Below, in pieces: positions 22,383 to 35,617 of a stretch of 64,000 nt of DNA (position 1 is its first letter; each line of letters starts with the position of its first letter). Source of the DNA: Moniliella sp. 'wahieum' (lineage: Eukaryota); NCBI GenBank assembly GCA_003971905.1, contig RSEE01000001.1, positions 930,001 through 994,000 on the forward strand. The letters run 5' to 3'. The notes beneath the pieces are model-generated. The model was given only the letters and a program-made list of their open reading frames with translations, was not told the DNA's origin and did not search any database. A program made the position numbers and the translations under genes.

Positions 22383-25286
22383 CTAGCGCCGAATGATGTG
22401 GTAAAGAGGAGGCGCTGAACAGCTGGATGGCATCAATTGTTGAACAGTGACGATTCGAACATCATCATGCTGCTTGTGCATGGACTTGATCCGCGCCGCC
22501 GGACTTCCTCTGACTTCGCTCGTTCTGGCCCACCAGTCCAAAAGCGGAGTGAAGCGATCGGTGGCCCATCGATCGCGGAACACACTCCAGGATGCGCCAG
22601 CCAACACGGCATGCGTTCGCACGGCTGCCGCAACCCAGTGCGTCGCCTCGGCCGTCTTGTCCTGGGCCAACGCCATCTCAGCCAGGGCCAAGATACATTC
22701 GGTTGCCTGGCTCTGCATGAAGCGCAGTTGTGCCCTCGACTGCTCCGCTCGGAGTGAGAGTGACGCCAACGCACGCCAGGGCTGCCAGGTACGCCGCACG
22801 CGCTTCGGCGTCAGCTTGGGCCGCAGCCCAAAGGTGGGCTTGGAGAACAAAACTTGAACCAGTTCCGGTCGCATGTGCAGCGACCGTTCGGGGCATACGT
22901 GGCAGCCAATCCTTTCCCAAACCCATCCACTGCCTCCACCGCCTCTTGCACTTCCTCTCTCGTTGGTGGTTGGCCTGGACGGCCCTTGGCCACTTGCCGC
23001 GCGTGCGCGGCAACGGGCGCCCAAGCCGCTGCCAGCATCCGTTGGCGCTGGATCAGTCCCTCGCCATCCGCACGATCCGCACAACAGAGGGTGCAGGCAC
23101 AGACAAACCCGTGCTTGGACAGTTGCGCCTGGCGCACGGCATAGGCTTGCTCTCCACGCACATAGGGGTGGGTGATTTCCTCGCCCTTACGCAAGCGACG
23201 GATGGCGCGGGTGGCGACCGTGTTGCCGACAAACACGCTGGATGCACTGGGTAGACAGGCATGGTTGAGCAGGGCGGGCAAGGGTGCGGCATCGTTCCAC
23301 GTCCCAGCTCGCCGGCCGGCGCACGGGGATCGGCCGGCCCAAACGCATTGAAGCGCAGCACGCCGTCCACATAGGCCGCATCCACCCATCCCACCTCCGT
23401 TTTGGCCTCCCACGCCCGGACGCAGCGTAGTATCCCAATGCAGCGGGTACGGCTGCGCCACATGCACATCGTTCTCCGTCTCTGGCCCAGCCGTCAAGCC
23501 CAGCACGGGAAGCGCCAGGGCATCGTACCGGTCGATCAGTTGGGTCACGACCCGCGTCGCCGCAACCAACTGCGTCGTGGTCCCCACTGCCCCCTGTGTG
23601 CAGTCCAGCCGGAGTACAGGCACACCGCGTGTTGCTTGTGCCTCGAGCGCATACGCACCTCCCACAGCCTGCGCTACCAAGAGCAATTCCCCGGGCTCAA
23701 TGTCACGCGCAGCGATCAGGCCCCGCCCTGCGTTGGGGATCGCCGCTACCTCCACCGGCCCGGTAAATTGAGCACCCAGCGCCAAGGGCGTGGCGGCCGT
23801 TGCTTGCGAGGCCGCATAACACGCTGCCAGTGCGCGAGGGCCCGCTCCCGTTTCCCCACGGGATGACATGACAGCACAGTGAGACAGCAACTCGGCCAAA
23901 TCCGCGTGGACAAAGCGCTCAAGATCCAGTGCTTGCCCTTCCGATGCAGGAGGCAACGCGTCCTCCAGGTCATCCGCTTTGGCTGTCACGTCGGCCTCAG
24001 CAGCCTTGGCAGCAGCGATGATGGTGGCTCCCGTCGCTGGATTGTCCAAGGCAGAAACGAGCTCCTGAGCCGCCGCGTCGTATGCTTGAGCTGCGTACTG
24101 AAGCCCCGCTGCCATCCGCGCCAAGAGAGGCCGAGAGACGGATGGAAAGGAGCGCGCGGCAGAAACCTCGGCAAAGGCAGCGCCATACCTTCCTTGCCCA
24201 TACAGGAACCGAACGGTTTCAAGAACCGATTGGTCCGACACGTCGGGTTGGGAGAAGCAAGATGGGTGGGCCAGATGACGGGCCAAGGGCCCCTGCTGCA
24301 TCCAAAGAGCGGGTGGCTCAGTTGGAGACTCGCCTGCAATACGTGGGATGGGCTCAATCGGGAGATCGAAGACCAAGTCTGCCGCAAGGGGGTGATCAGG
24401 GGTGAGAACAATCAGGTCGGTGGGCGTGTCAATGCGGATGCCAGGCACGGCCTTTCCTGAGGCGGGTGCGACACGAGCCGTATGGTGGGGGAGACATAGG
24501 GCTCGCGAATAGCGACCAACGTGCCGGGAGGGAGAAGAGCAGCAAGCTGGGCGGGAGACGTGTTCAACTGGTCGCTAAAGTGGGCTAGCGCCACGGGCAC
24601 AGCGTTGCCTGCAACATCATCAACCACCAATGTCGCCCCCACATAAAAGCCAGCGGAGCAGCCACGCGGCCCACAAGGACTTTCCCTACATGACGGAAAG
24701 GGGCCGCGCGGAGATCTGAGATGGCCATCTTGGTTAACTGGGATAGAGGCGAAGAAGACGTAAACGTAGGCCCTCCCCACAGGACGAGACGGGGATGGTA
24801 TCCAGCCCACGTGGTAGCTGCATCCAACCTGCGATTGTACTCAGCGAGCGCACGCATCAAAAGTGCCTTGCGTGGGACTAGGCGTAGTTTGCCATCGTTT
24901 TGCTGGCTTCCCTTCTTGCCACTTTTTTACTCCCCTTGGTGCCTGTCTTTTGCGGGGCAGCAGAAGTTTCCACAACAGCAGAAGGGGGCTCAGGTGGAGC
25001 ACTTGGCTCGTCAGCGCGAGCCAGAAGGGCCTCCAGGGAAGAAGCCTCGGTGCGAACCAATTCTTGGTCTTTGGCCAGGGAGCGGCGGAAAGTCTCAAGG
25101 ATGGCTACCACACCCGTCGATGATGTCCTTGGTGATAAACCCGGTGTCCTCCCCCTCGGACTGGAGCGCGAGTTCAGCAGCAAGGCGTTTTTGGACATTG
25201 GGGTCGGCGTCCAGCAGGTCCAGGAGTTGATCAGGCGACGGGGGTTTGAGGCCGAGGCCCCGCAGGCTGCGCAACAAGTCTTCCAT
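22383..25286 (-). CDS. TPR/SET-domain (SMYD-like) putative lysine methyltransferase
   Basis: GPVEVAAIPNAGRGLIAARDIEPGELLLV (SET-N), LLNHACLP...GEEITHPY (SET-C), post-SET FVCACTLC, N-terminal GTLVAIREPY and helical repeats. Assembled from ORFs 25095..25286, 24412..24810, 22811..24448 and 22383..23084 across several frameshifts. The 3' end is uncertain. Confidence 0.75.
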
Positions 25287-25928
25287 GGTGGATCAAGGGT
25301 CGATGCTCGACGATGTGGAGGAGGCTCGGGATGCCAACTGGGTTGGATGGAGCTCGAAGCTTGAAGCTTGAAATTGAAAGGTCTTGTCGGGACGGACAAC
25401 TTTTTTTTTGGTGAGCCTGGGTGTTGCACCGAAGGGGAAGTGGTGAATGTCAACCTTTCAACTTTCAAATGGCCCGTCTGCCAAGCACCGATCCAAGCTG
25501 CTGATTCTGCAATCCATCGTCTGGCCCGATCGGTGCGGGGCGACGGGTGACTAGTCAGTACCCAGACGGAATGGATGGAATTTGAAATTGGAGGGTAGGG
25601 GCGACGTTGACGTCGACGGCGGGGGCTCAGGCTGAGCCTCAGCGCTGTTGTGCTCAAACTCAGCCGCAGCACTCAGCTGGAGCACTCAGCTATACCGGTT
25701 GTCAAGTTGCCGGGTATTTGGTCTGGCGCACTATCAGCTTGGGCTCACCTTACTAGTTACTCTGCCCCGCCCCGCCGTCCGTCGCCGCCCACCACCACAA
25801 ACACCGCCCGCCCAATTCTCTGCCTGCAGCTTGCCAGCCGCCCTCTCAAGCTTCCAGTCTCCAGTGGGTGCCCACTACTCTCGACCTGCCCGGCGCTATC
25901 CACTCCATTTTCCCCTCTCCCGGCGGCC

Positions 25929-27424
25929 ATGTATGGCCTTGGCTTCCTGGCCCGTGCCATTCTGCTGCCACTGCGACTGGCCCCCAAGGATTGGACCGCC
26001 GTCTCACTCCAGTTTTCACCTGCCTTACCGGGCGATCCCGAGGGTGAGCAGACGCCCCCGCACGATGGTTCCACCCATTCCTCCTTTCCCGGCCCCCAGC
26101 CACAGGGCACCCATGTAGCCGATGTGGAGCAGGTCGCGCCCGCCGTGCCGCAACTCCGTTCGGTCGTACAAGAACGCTGCCCTTCGCTTGCCGACCCCGA
26201 AAGCCCAGACCATCATTACTACCCGACACCGTACCTCTCTTCGGGCCACCTCCAAACCATGTATTCGTCCCTGCGCAAAAAGGTGCAGGAGGATGAGTTC
26301 CCTTACCGCCGGCGCGTGCTGTTGACACCCGATGGCGGTACTCTCTCTCTGCTTGATATTGCTCCTCCCGCCCAGGCTGCGAGTGACGAGCAAGATACGA
26401 CCCCTACTCTGGTTGTCGTGACGGGTCTGACGGGCGGGTCGTCGGAGACGTACGTTCGGCATGTGGTTCGCCCGCTGGTGCAAACCAAAAAGTGGAGGGC
26501 ACTGGTAATCAACTACCGTGGCTGTGCCCAAACGCCTGTGACGAGTGGCCAACTGTACAGCGCCTGTAAGACCTCCGATCTGGCCACTGCACTCCTGTTT
26601 TGCCAACAAAACTGGCCCCAGAGTCCCCTCGTGGCCGTGGGCTTTAGTCTGGGTGCGAATGTGGTAGCGAGGTACATGGGGGAAAGCGGGGATGCGACGC
26701 CGCTTCGTGGTGGGCTAGTCTTGTCTGGACCATATGACATGACGGCAGGCACCCACCTCCTTGAGGATGGCAAATTCAACCAAAAGGTCTACTCGAAAGC
26801 CATGTGCAGCAATTTGACGCGTGTGGCACTGCGTCAGGCCGACATTCTCTCCCCTCTCACCCCGGCTCAAAGCAGCTGGATCGGTTGACGGAAACGAGTG
26901 ACGTGGTGCAAGCACAAGCGACCGAGCGCGGTCTGGCACCCCCCTACACTCTTCGTTGGTTTGACGACAACGTGATGCGCGTCATGGGAGGGTACCCAAA
27001 GCCGTATGGAGAGTTCCCGTTTAAGGACGCATGGGCCTACTACCGCGACGGGAGTTCCACCAATGTGCTTCAGCGTGTGTCCCGCCCTCTTTTGGCCATC
27101 CATTCGCGGGACGATCCCGTGGTACCGTACCGTTGTGCCGAAGCCATTTCCGTTGTGATGGGAGCGCGAGAGAGCCATCCCACAGACGATTGGGATGAAC
27201 ACGACCCCGGGCGGCCTGTCCCGCCCACGGTTCTGGGCAAAGGCAATCCCAATTTGGTCCTTGCCACAACCGAGTATGGCGGTCATCTGGGATGGTGGAG
27301 CGGGGGTAAGCCCAGCCGATGGTTCAAGACGCCTTCGATCGAATGGCTTTCGGCCCTGGTCGAGGCGCCGGAATGCCAAGCGCTCAAAATTCCACCTAGC
27401 CCCCATATCTCGGGGGCACAGTAG
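25929..27424 (+). CDS. Alpha/beta hydrolase of the EEB1/EHT1/ABHD1-3 (YheT) family: medium-chain acyl-CoA:ethanol acyltransferase or esterase
   Basis: SGHLQT, PDGGTLSL, GLTGGSSETYVR, NYRGCAQTPVTS, GFSLG nucleophile elbow, DDPVV (acid) and GGHLGW (His). One frameshift near 26855. Confidence 0.88.
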
Positions 27425-28465
27425 TAACACCCATTAAGGTCGACATTCTCCCGCACTCGGTCGTTCGTCCATACGTATCGGCAGCTGTGCGAAAGGCGCA
27501 GGAGTCGGGCCTATCAAGCTCGGATGGGGATGGTGGGGACAAGAAGGCCCACCAGGATGCAACCGACTTGGCCGACGCGGCCAGCGACGCGGCCGGTAGC
27601 CAGAGCAGTGCTGCAGAGATTGGCAATGACCGCCTCGCCTTTCTCACCACTCCCGTCCTGACCGAACTGGAGCTTCTTCACCCGTTCCAGCATGAGTGGT
27701 CCAAGATCCCACGGCTGGGGCGGAACGGCGCGCAGCGGCTTGTGCCAAGGAGGCCTTGCTGGATGTGCCGCTGACCATGGTACAGGACAAGACTCGGTTG
27801 GCGGTTGGGTATGCTGAGCTTCCGCCCTGGACACGCGTGGCGGGTGGCGGGGACGTTTTCCAGGCCGGTACCGAAGCGCCGGGGGTGACGCAGGCGGGCA
27901 AACACGCGTCAGAGATGCAGAATGGGGTGGTGGCGGGGCTGTAGGCGTGTTGTTCGCTGCTGATCTGACCAGTGGCTTTTCCATGGGGAGGAGTGACACT
28001 GTCGCATCACACGTGTCAAGCAATCGATATTCTCCGCGACACTCTGATGTAGGGATGATCGATGATGCATGATGTATGATGGGGCACCAGGAAGCACTGC
28101 GCACGCTGGTGGATCGGTGAGCGCTGAGTTAGTGTGACATGTGGCATGCGAATGTTGGCCTGGGGTGGCCTGTGGGCCCAGCAGTGGCCCGGCGCTGCCC
28201 AGCGTCCCATGCGCAACGCAGGCTAAGATTAAGCGCTGGGGCTATAATGGTGCTTAGCGCCTCCATAGGTCATCCTTGGGGGCCCACGCACACCGGTCTG
28301 GATTGACCCCGCGGATCGCGGCGTCCTCACTGCGAACGCTCCATCGACGCGTCCAGTCCGAACGCTCAGGACGTCTGCTGGCTGATCAGCCTCCGCCCCA
28401 GCCTTGGTGACATCCGCCTCCACCCTCTCTCTGCCCGCAACTGAGACCAGCCTGTCTACGCCACC

Positions 28466-29234
28466 ATGGGCAAGAACCAGAGCAAGCTGTCGCCCGAGCA
28501 GCTCTCCGACCTCGTCGAGCACACCTATTTCGATCGCAAAGAGCTGCAGCAGTGGTACAAGGGCTTCATGAAGGACTGCCCATCGGGCCAGCTGGATGAG
28601 GTGGAGTTTGCGCGCATCTACAAGCAATTCTTCCCCTTTGGCGACCCTTCTTCCTTTGCTGCCCACGTTTTCAAGGTCTTTGATGGCGACCACAATGGCG
28701 CCATTGACTTTAAAGAGTTCATCTGCGCTCTCTCCATCACCTCGCGGGGCCGGCTGGACGAGAAGTTGCGCTGGGCATTCCAGCTGTACGATATTGATGG
28801 CGACGGCACCATCACGTACGACGAGATGCTAAGTACGTTCATTCCCCCCTCGGCCTCGCCTCTGCCTCGGCTGATTTTGCTCTTCCTGGTAGCCATCGTG
28901 CGCAGTATCTACAAGATGACAGGATCCATGGTAAAACTTCCTCCGGACGAGGACACTCCTGAAAAAGTGCGTGCGTTCGGTGCCGTTGTTTCTTGCTTAG
29001 ACGTTGTGCTAACCCGGTACTCTCGCACAGCGGGTCGACAAGATCTTCCGGCTAATGGACCGCGACAAGAATGCAGAGAGTACGTGTACCGTTCCGCTCC
29101 GTTCCAATCCTTTTGACCCAGGTGCTGATTAGAGTGTCTCGGGGTCCTTAGTCACCTTTGATGAGTTTGTTGAGGGGTCCAAGCAAGACCCCACCATTGT
29201 GCAAGCCCTGAGTCTGTACGATGGCTTGGTATGA
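28466..29234 (+). CDS. FRQ1: Neuronal calcium sensor / frequenin (EF-hand, N-myristoylated)
   Basis: [13 protein letters not shown]...[16 protein letters not shown]...FPFGDP...DIDGDGTI...[15 protein letters not shown]. Introns 28833..28892, 28967..29030 and 29080..29151 splice in frame. Confidence 0.96.
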
Positions 29235-31143
29235 GCTTTCTTCTTTGCGGGAAAGCCGTACACCCAGGATGAAGACCAATCTTCCTTCCCACGCGACGTC
29301 CCTCGGCCACCTCCGTCTATCTCCTACACCCCCTGCAAGTCCTGGTTTTGACTTGGGAAGCCTTTTCTTCCTCTGCTTCCCCAGCTGCTTCTCGTTTCCT
29401 TCATACGGCCCGACCAAGATCAAGTTTTCAGGATATATATGTGCCCATCCCCCCTTTGCCACCCCACTTTCCTCTGGATCCTTGTTGCCACCTCTTTCTC
29501 CTCCATTCCTGCACCTCGCATCGCTAGCACTGGCAATTTTCAATCGTCATGGGTTCCCACGTTTCTCCATGCGCGGTATATGTTCCGTCTCTCGTCACTT
29601 CATTGCGCCAAGGCGAGCCGAATGACTTGGGCCCACATGTGGACCTTTGCTGAGAGACCGACAGCAGGGGAACAGGATGCCGTGCCCAGTCTCCCTGGCG
29701 TACGGGTGGAGAGGGACAGCGAGGTACGGGCCAAGTAACGTCGGTGGCTCTCGGGACGGAGGGCAGGAAGGGGGGGGGGCAGAGTTGGTGATGGCAGAGA
29801 CGACAGGGCATCGCATCTACTTGCGTATGCAGAGCACACCAACTTGATGGGATTGCCTGCCCCACTGCATCCACACATTAACGTCATTAACCCCAGCCCC
29901 TGCCGCCATTGCACTCCCAAAAGCGCGGAAACAGATGTGCAGGAATGGAATGGCCTTACGTCAGCGCCTACCACGACGTATTCCGCCCGACTGCCATGCG
30001 ATCCCAGATGAAAAATCGGGAGGCTGCAGTAGCCGCTGCCCCTGCGCCTCAGCCTAAGGTGAGTACTAACTGAGTACGGCTGCGGCAGCTGTGCCCAGGC
30101 GCACGCCTGCGCACGCCCGAGCGCTGCATGCAGCCAGCAGCAGGGTGCAGCGCGCCGACACTGGCCAGACGCCTGCCGGGGAGCGGCGTTGCCGCAGCCC
30201 GAGCTGCCGGAGCCCAGCGCCGCACTAGGCCGCAGCCGGCATCCAATACGAATCACCGAGTCTTGATGACCAGTGATTGGTGACCGGTGAGTGAAAGGGT
30301 GCCAGTAGGGGCCAGCGGCAAGGGAGCGCAAGGGATGGTGGATCCGGCCGGCAGACGCGTAACAAGCCGCAGGAAGGCACGGCAGCAGTGTGCAGCCAGG
30401 GGACAGAGGCAGGGTGCGGACCCCGAGCAGGCGCAACGGGGTGCGGAGGCGCAGGCACGAGGCGGTGTGGCTGCGCTGCGCTGGATGCGCTGGCAGCGGG
30501 CAGGCGGGCGGGAGGCACGGGGGCAGCCAGGGCCGGCGAGTGAAAAAGAGGCCCGAGGATCCAAGCAGCGGCGGGCGGATGGCTGCGGTGGGCTGCGCCA
30601 GCTGTGCTCGGGGCAGCCTGCGCGCTGCTCGCTTCTCTGCTGCACCACACACCGCGTCGCCCGGCGTCTCTGCGTCTCTGCGTGCGTCCTGCCTGCGTCG
30701 TCCGCCTGCCTCGTGCCGCCCGCCTTCTGCCCGCAGCGCCCGTCAGAGCCCAGCAGCACAGGCCTGCACAAGCCCCTCGGCCTCAGCGCTCCCTGCCGCC
30801 TGCCTCCGCCTCCCGCCTCTGCCGCGCCGCCCATCCGCTCCGCCAGCACCTCGCCTGCGCCCTCCTGCCGCCGCCGCAGCCAGCACGCGCAAGCAGCCCG
30901 ACGCCTGACCCGGCTGACCCCTGACCCGCTCGCGCCTGTACGCGTCGCCTGCCGCTTGCCCCCACCTCACCCGTCACGACGCCTGCGCTCCCGCCGTCGC
31001 GACCGCCGCCCTGACCAGCAGCAGCCCATCCGCCCTCCCCTCCCGCGTACGTCCGTGTCTTCCGTCGCTGTCTGCCGCCCTCGGCGCCGCGCATGCTGGT
31101 ACTGACGCGCCTCCTCCTGCGCGCATGCGTGTCTGCTCCCAGC

Positions 31144-32493
31144 ATGGATCCCCCCGACGCCTTTGGCTTTGGCGCGCCCCCTCGGCCGCCGGCGCGCACC
31201 CCGGCCCCTTCCCCGGCTACCCCAGCCTCGCCTATCCGCCCCACCACCCCGGCCACCACCCGCAGCACCCGCATCACCAGCAGCACCCCCACCCGCACCA
31301 CCCGCACCATCCCCACCACCCGCCCAGCGCCTACTCCGCCTCCCCCGGCCCCGCCTTTGCCCCGCCCACCAACAGCATGTACCTCCCCGGCCCCGCCGAC
31401 CCCTACCAGCAGCCCCCGCCTCAGGGGTACGCCACCATGCCCACCTACTCGGCCCAACCGTCTTACTTCTCTAATGTCATGCCCTCCCAGCTTCCGCCAC
31501 CGTCAGCCGAGCCGCTTCTTTCCACGCCAGCCACCAGCCACGGCCACGGCCACCATGGCCACCCACACGGCCATCCGCATCTCCCGCCCTCGCGGCAAGC
31601 GCGGATGCCCGATCCGCGTATGCCCAAGGACGAGTACTCGCGCGTGGCCAAGGAAGACTACGAGCCGGAAACCGAACCGGGGCCGAACCTGTACCCGACG
31701 CGGACCCCCCCGCTGCTTCCAGGGGGTCGGTCGCGCAGGAAGCGCGGCGCAGCTGCCGACCCGCCCAAGAAGCCGATGCGTGCGCATGTCAAGCCGCCCA
31801 AGCAGGCGCCTTCGGCGTGGCAGCTGTTCTTTACCCAAGAATTGGCCTTGCAGCGCAGTGCCAACCCACAAGGTCGTCTGAACGTGGCCCAGGTCTCCAA
31901 GGGGGCTGGGGAGAAGTACAATGCTGCCGGCGTCCGAGAAGGCCAAGTTTCAAGCCGAGAGTTTGCGTCTCAAGGGCGAATGGGAGGAAGCGATGCGAAA
32001 GTGGACCGCATCCTTGTCCCCCGAGGACATCAAGTTGGAGAATGCGTTCCGCACTCAACAGCGCAAGGAAGGCAAATCGCGTAAAGCCAACTTGAAGGAT
32101 CCGCATGCACCCAAAAAGCCATTGTCGGCTTACTTTTTGTTCCTTCGCGCCATTCGCGCCTCGCCCGAGCTCACACGCAGCGTGTTTGACGGTGCGGTCG
32201 GCACCACGAAACAATCCATGCTAGCTGCCACACGGTGGCGTGAATTGAGCGAGAAGGAGAAGTTGCCTTTCATCACCAAGGCGGAGCAGGACAAGGTGCG
32301 GTACGAACAGAGCCACAAAGTGTACGAGGCGGCCTTGGCAAACGGCGTGCCCCACGCTTCCGCGGCGGCTGAAGCCAGGCAGGCCGGCTTGGCCCGCAGA
32401 CCAAATGGCCAAAACGAGCCCGGTGGTGGCGCAACTGATCCAGGAGGGCTTGCCCCGAGGCATTTCGTTCGACCCAACTTCAAAGGAGTTTGA
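31144..32493 (+). CDS. Tandem HMG-box protein with His/Pro-rich N-terminus
   Basis: PPKQAPSAWQLFF (box 1) and KDPHAPKKPLSAYFLF...RWRELSEKEKLPFITKAEQDKVRYE (box 2). Likely start MDPPDAFG at 31144 after a putative 5' intron ending at 31142. Frameshifts near 31180 and 31920. Confidence 0.85.
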
Positions 32494-33339
32494 TGGTACC
32501 GCTGCGGCGGCAGCGGCGGAGCAGACGGAATAGCTGTCCTCCTCTCCTCCCCCGACTTCGTCTTCCCGCCCCCTCGATTCCACTCACGAATTGGGCCAAG
32601 TCCCCCTCTCCTGCAAAATGCCCACCTCCTTGCATTTCGGCTCATTGCAAGCCGTGCTTCCCCGCCTCGTTGCCCTTGGTCCCATTCTTTGTTGCCCTCA
32701 TGCCACCTTTTCTTTTTTCCCTCTGGTCGAAGAGAACCAAAAGGGGCCTACGCCCCGCTCTACCTCGCCTCGCCCATTATGTGTATGAACCCCCTTGCTT
32801 CCCCATGCTTGATGATGGGGATGCACAAAACCCCTTCCTGCCGCTAGTGCGAGTGACTGTTGTCCCGCCATGGAGGAAATGGGTCGGGGTCCATGCACAC
32901 ATCCCTTCTTTCCTGTGCTCTGCTCGTATTGTACTTGGCTTCAAGTTTGGCCTGCGTTCTTGCTGAAATCAACTGCTTTCCGCTTCCCCCCGTCGACGTC
33001 TAGGTCGATGTCGTCGCAGATGCGTTTTGTCTGGCGCCTAGACGCGGACGTGCGGTGTACCATTGTAGCGATTTCAGTCGCGCTTAGCTCCCAGTCCGAA
33101 TCACCTACCTATTTTTCCCCCTTTTGGCCTGTAGACCCCTTCGTAGGATGGAATGATGGACCGTATTTACCTCGGGGGGCGAGGGACGCTGAAACGTATA
33201 GGTTCTTGTCGACACCACCTCTCTTCGGCGCTCAGCCTGAGCGCTCATGCATTTATGCTTCATGGCGGCTCCTTCCTTCCATTGGTGATCGTGTTGTGGG
33301 AGTCTAAAGGGATGCGACGTGTGTGGTCGAGTGCAACAG

Positions 33340-33387
33340 GCGAACACCGAATTGAGCGCATACATGCGAACACCGAATTGAGCGCAT
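33340..33387. repeat. 22-bp direct repeat
   Basis: GCGAACACCGAATTGAGCGCAT at 33340-33361 and 33366-33387. Confidence 0.9.
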
Positions 33388-33410
33388 TCTGTGTTGCTTG
33401 ACGAGTTTGC

Positions 33411-33466
33411 AGCTTGAAGCTTGCAGCTTGAAGCTTGCAGCTTGAAGCTTGAAGCTTGAAGCTTGA
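33411..33466. repeat. Tandem heptamer array (AGCTTGM) x8
   Basis: AGCTTGA AGCTTGC AGCTTGA AGCTTGC AGCTTGA AGCTTGA AGCTTGA AGCTTGA, read directly. Confidence 0.95.
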
Positions 33467-35617
33467 CGCGGCCAAACGGTGGAGCTTGAGCAATTTGAGC
33501 TTCCCCAAAAAAGCCTCTCTGCTTCTTTCTCTTGTCACATGTCACATGTCACAAAGCCAAAAAATGCTTGGCAAAACGTACATATACACAGTAGGCGGAG
33601 GGCCATAGTAAGCCTAGTAGTACGGCATCCATCGTTCCCCGAGGGCCAACGCAGCACCTCTACCACCTTGTACCTCGGTTGTGCCTTGCACCGTGGAAAT
33701 ACATGATGTCACCACCTCGTTCGCCGAGTTTGGTAGCTACACAGCTGCAGTAGCCGCGGCTGTCAAAAATGTGAGACTGCAAAACACTGAATAGCAACTG
33801 AGTGTACTGAGATGAGAGAAGTTTATGTGTGGCGTATACAGTGCTCAGAACTTCTCAGTGTGTTGATGTTTTGGTGTTGAACACGTTGAACGTGTTGAAC
33901 GTTGAACGTTGATGCTGTGTGCTGAGAATTCGCGCTTCCAGCTCCCAGCGTCAAAAAGCACTCGGTACTGAGTAGAATATTGGGCTGGCAGCTGCATCGG
34001 CTCAGCAAGAGGTTGTAGGTTCTCCATACCGTACTATCCGTCTGGCATCAAGCTTCCAGATTTGTGTACCAGTATCGGCGGTGTTCCGGGGAGAGGGAAA
34101 TCACATGTAACTTTTTTGATAGGTTTTGCTTGAGACGAGAGAAAAAAGCTCACCAGACCACCCCCCATCTTGCATCTTCCTTAGCGAGGTGCAGTGTGAG
34201 GTACTCCTGTTTACACCAGTGAGGTTCACATATTGTCACAGCTCAGCATGGGCGCTTAGCGCTTAGCGCGCTCAGCCTGACCCGAGCCTCACTCCACCAT
34301 CCCCTCCATCATTAGCATTTTGTGGTCCGCAACCAAAAAACAACAAATCTCCCCCACGACAGCCATTTTTTCATCCCGTTACTATTTGCGTGCACAAGTG
34401 AGGCATATAGTGTGCCTGGCGTCGGTAGACCGAAGCTACCGAGAGGGTCGAGCCGTCAACGTTCAACGCGTCAACGCGTCACGACGGCCAAGGAGAAGCT
34501 TGTCAAACCATACTATCCACAGTTACATGTTACAGATCTCGGCCTAGGATGCGGTTGCCGGTTGAAGAAGATGACCCGGACGACGGCCGAGGTGACTGGA
34601 TGGCCGACGATCTCTCTGATGATCACCTCGATCACCACATGCATCACTGGCATCACCTGTGCTGCGAGTGATGCAATTGATGTTGCGGATTGAATCACAG
34701 GCCACAGGTATTTATATGTTACAGCTGTTACAAAGGAGACAGTGTGACATGTGATGTGTGGGACGTCTTGGGTGGTATGCAGTATATGCCAACCACATGC
34801 TGCCGCCCAAGCAGGACTAGTGTAGGACAACACCACCGAGCCTCACCGAGCCGCACCACTCACTTGTTCTCAGAGTATCAGTGGGTTTACTATGCAGGTT
34901 AGCATGCGCGGCACGGCCTTCGGAGGGGAGGCAGGAGAGCAGTAGTCTGTCGCCAGGTCCGCGAGGACGAAAACTGACACGGCCGCTGGTCGCCGTAAGC
35001 TCCAAACCCGGAGAGACGAGCGAGACACCCTCCAGCCGGCATGATGCATGACGAAAGTGTTGTGCGAGGAGAATGTTGAATTCCCCTCTCCTTGATCTCC
35101 CGCCTCAGGCCGTCTCAGGCTTCAAATTCTCACTTCGCAAGAGGGGACAGGCCTGGCCAGGCCGCCGGCCCGCAAGTCCATTAAAGCATCCCAGACACAT
35201 CACGGCCTCGGCGTAACGCGTCACGTGTGAAATAATCGCACCCTTTCTTCTGCGTGATGATCTGCGACAGATCCATGGGCGCTAGCTATGCACTATGGCC
35301 AACTGCGCAACAGCTTCCGAAAGGGGTCTGCTCACGCGCGCGCTCACGATAAATGGTTACGCGTTACGCCCTGCGGCCTCAACCTGAGGCCTCAGCTGAG
35401 GTGCGCGCCTGGGCCTGAGCGCTCCTGAACGCATCTGGGCGCTGAAAAACAACACTTAGTCCTTAAAGCCCGACAACCGCGTCCCCAAAGCGTGTTTCCG
35501 AGGATGTGGACATATAAAAACCTTTCTCTCATCTCTCTGGCTTGCATCTCTCCTTCTTGAAACCCTCCATACACCCACCCTACCTATCCTCCGGCCTCGA
35601 TATATTGGGTACACGCC

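Noticed and set aside
29600..31105. Multiple long overlapping ORFs upstream of the HMG gene
   Set aside because: Extremely GC-rich, low-complexity DNA lacks stops by composition; more likely promoter or 5'UTR.
33340..33466. Direct repeats suggesting a CRISPR array
   Set aside because: Only two 22-bp copies 4 bp apart plus a heptamer microsatellite; no spacers, no cas genes, and a eukaryotic context.
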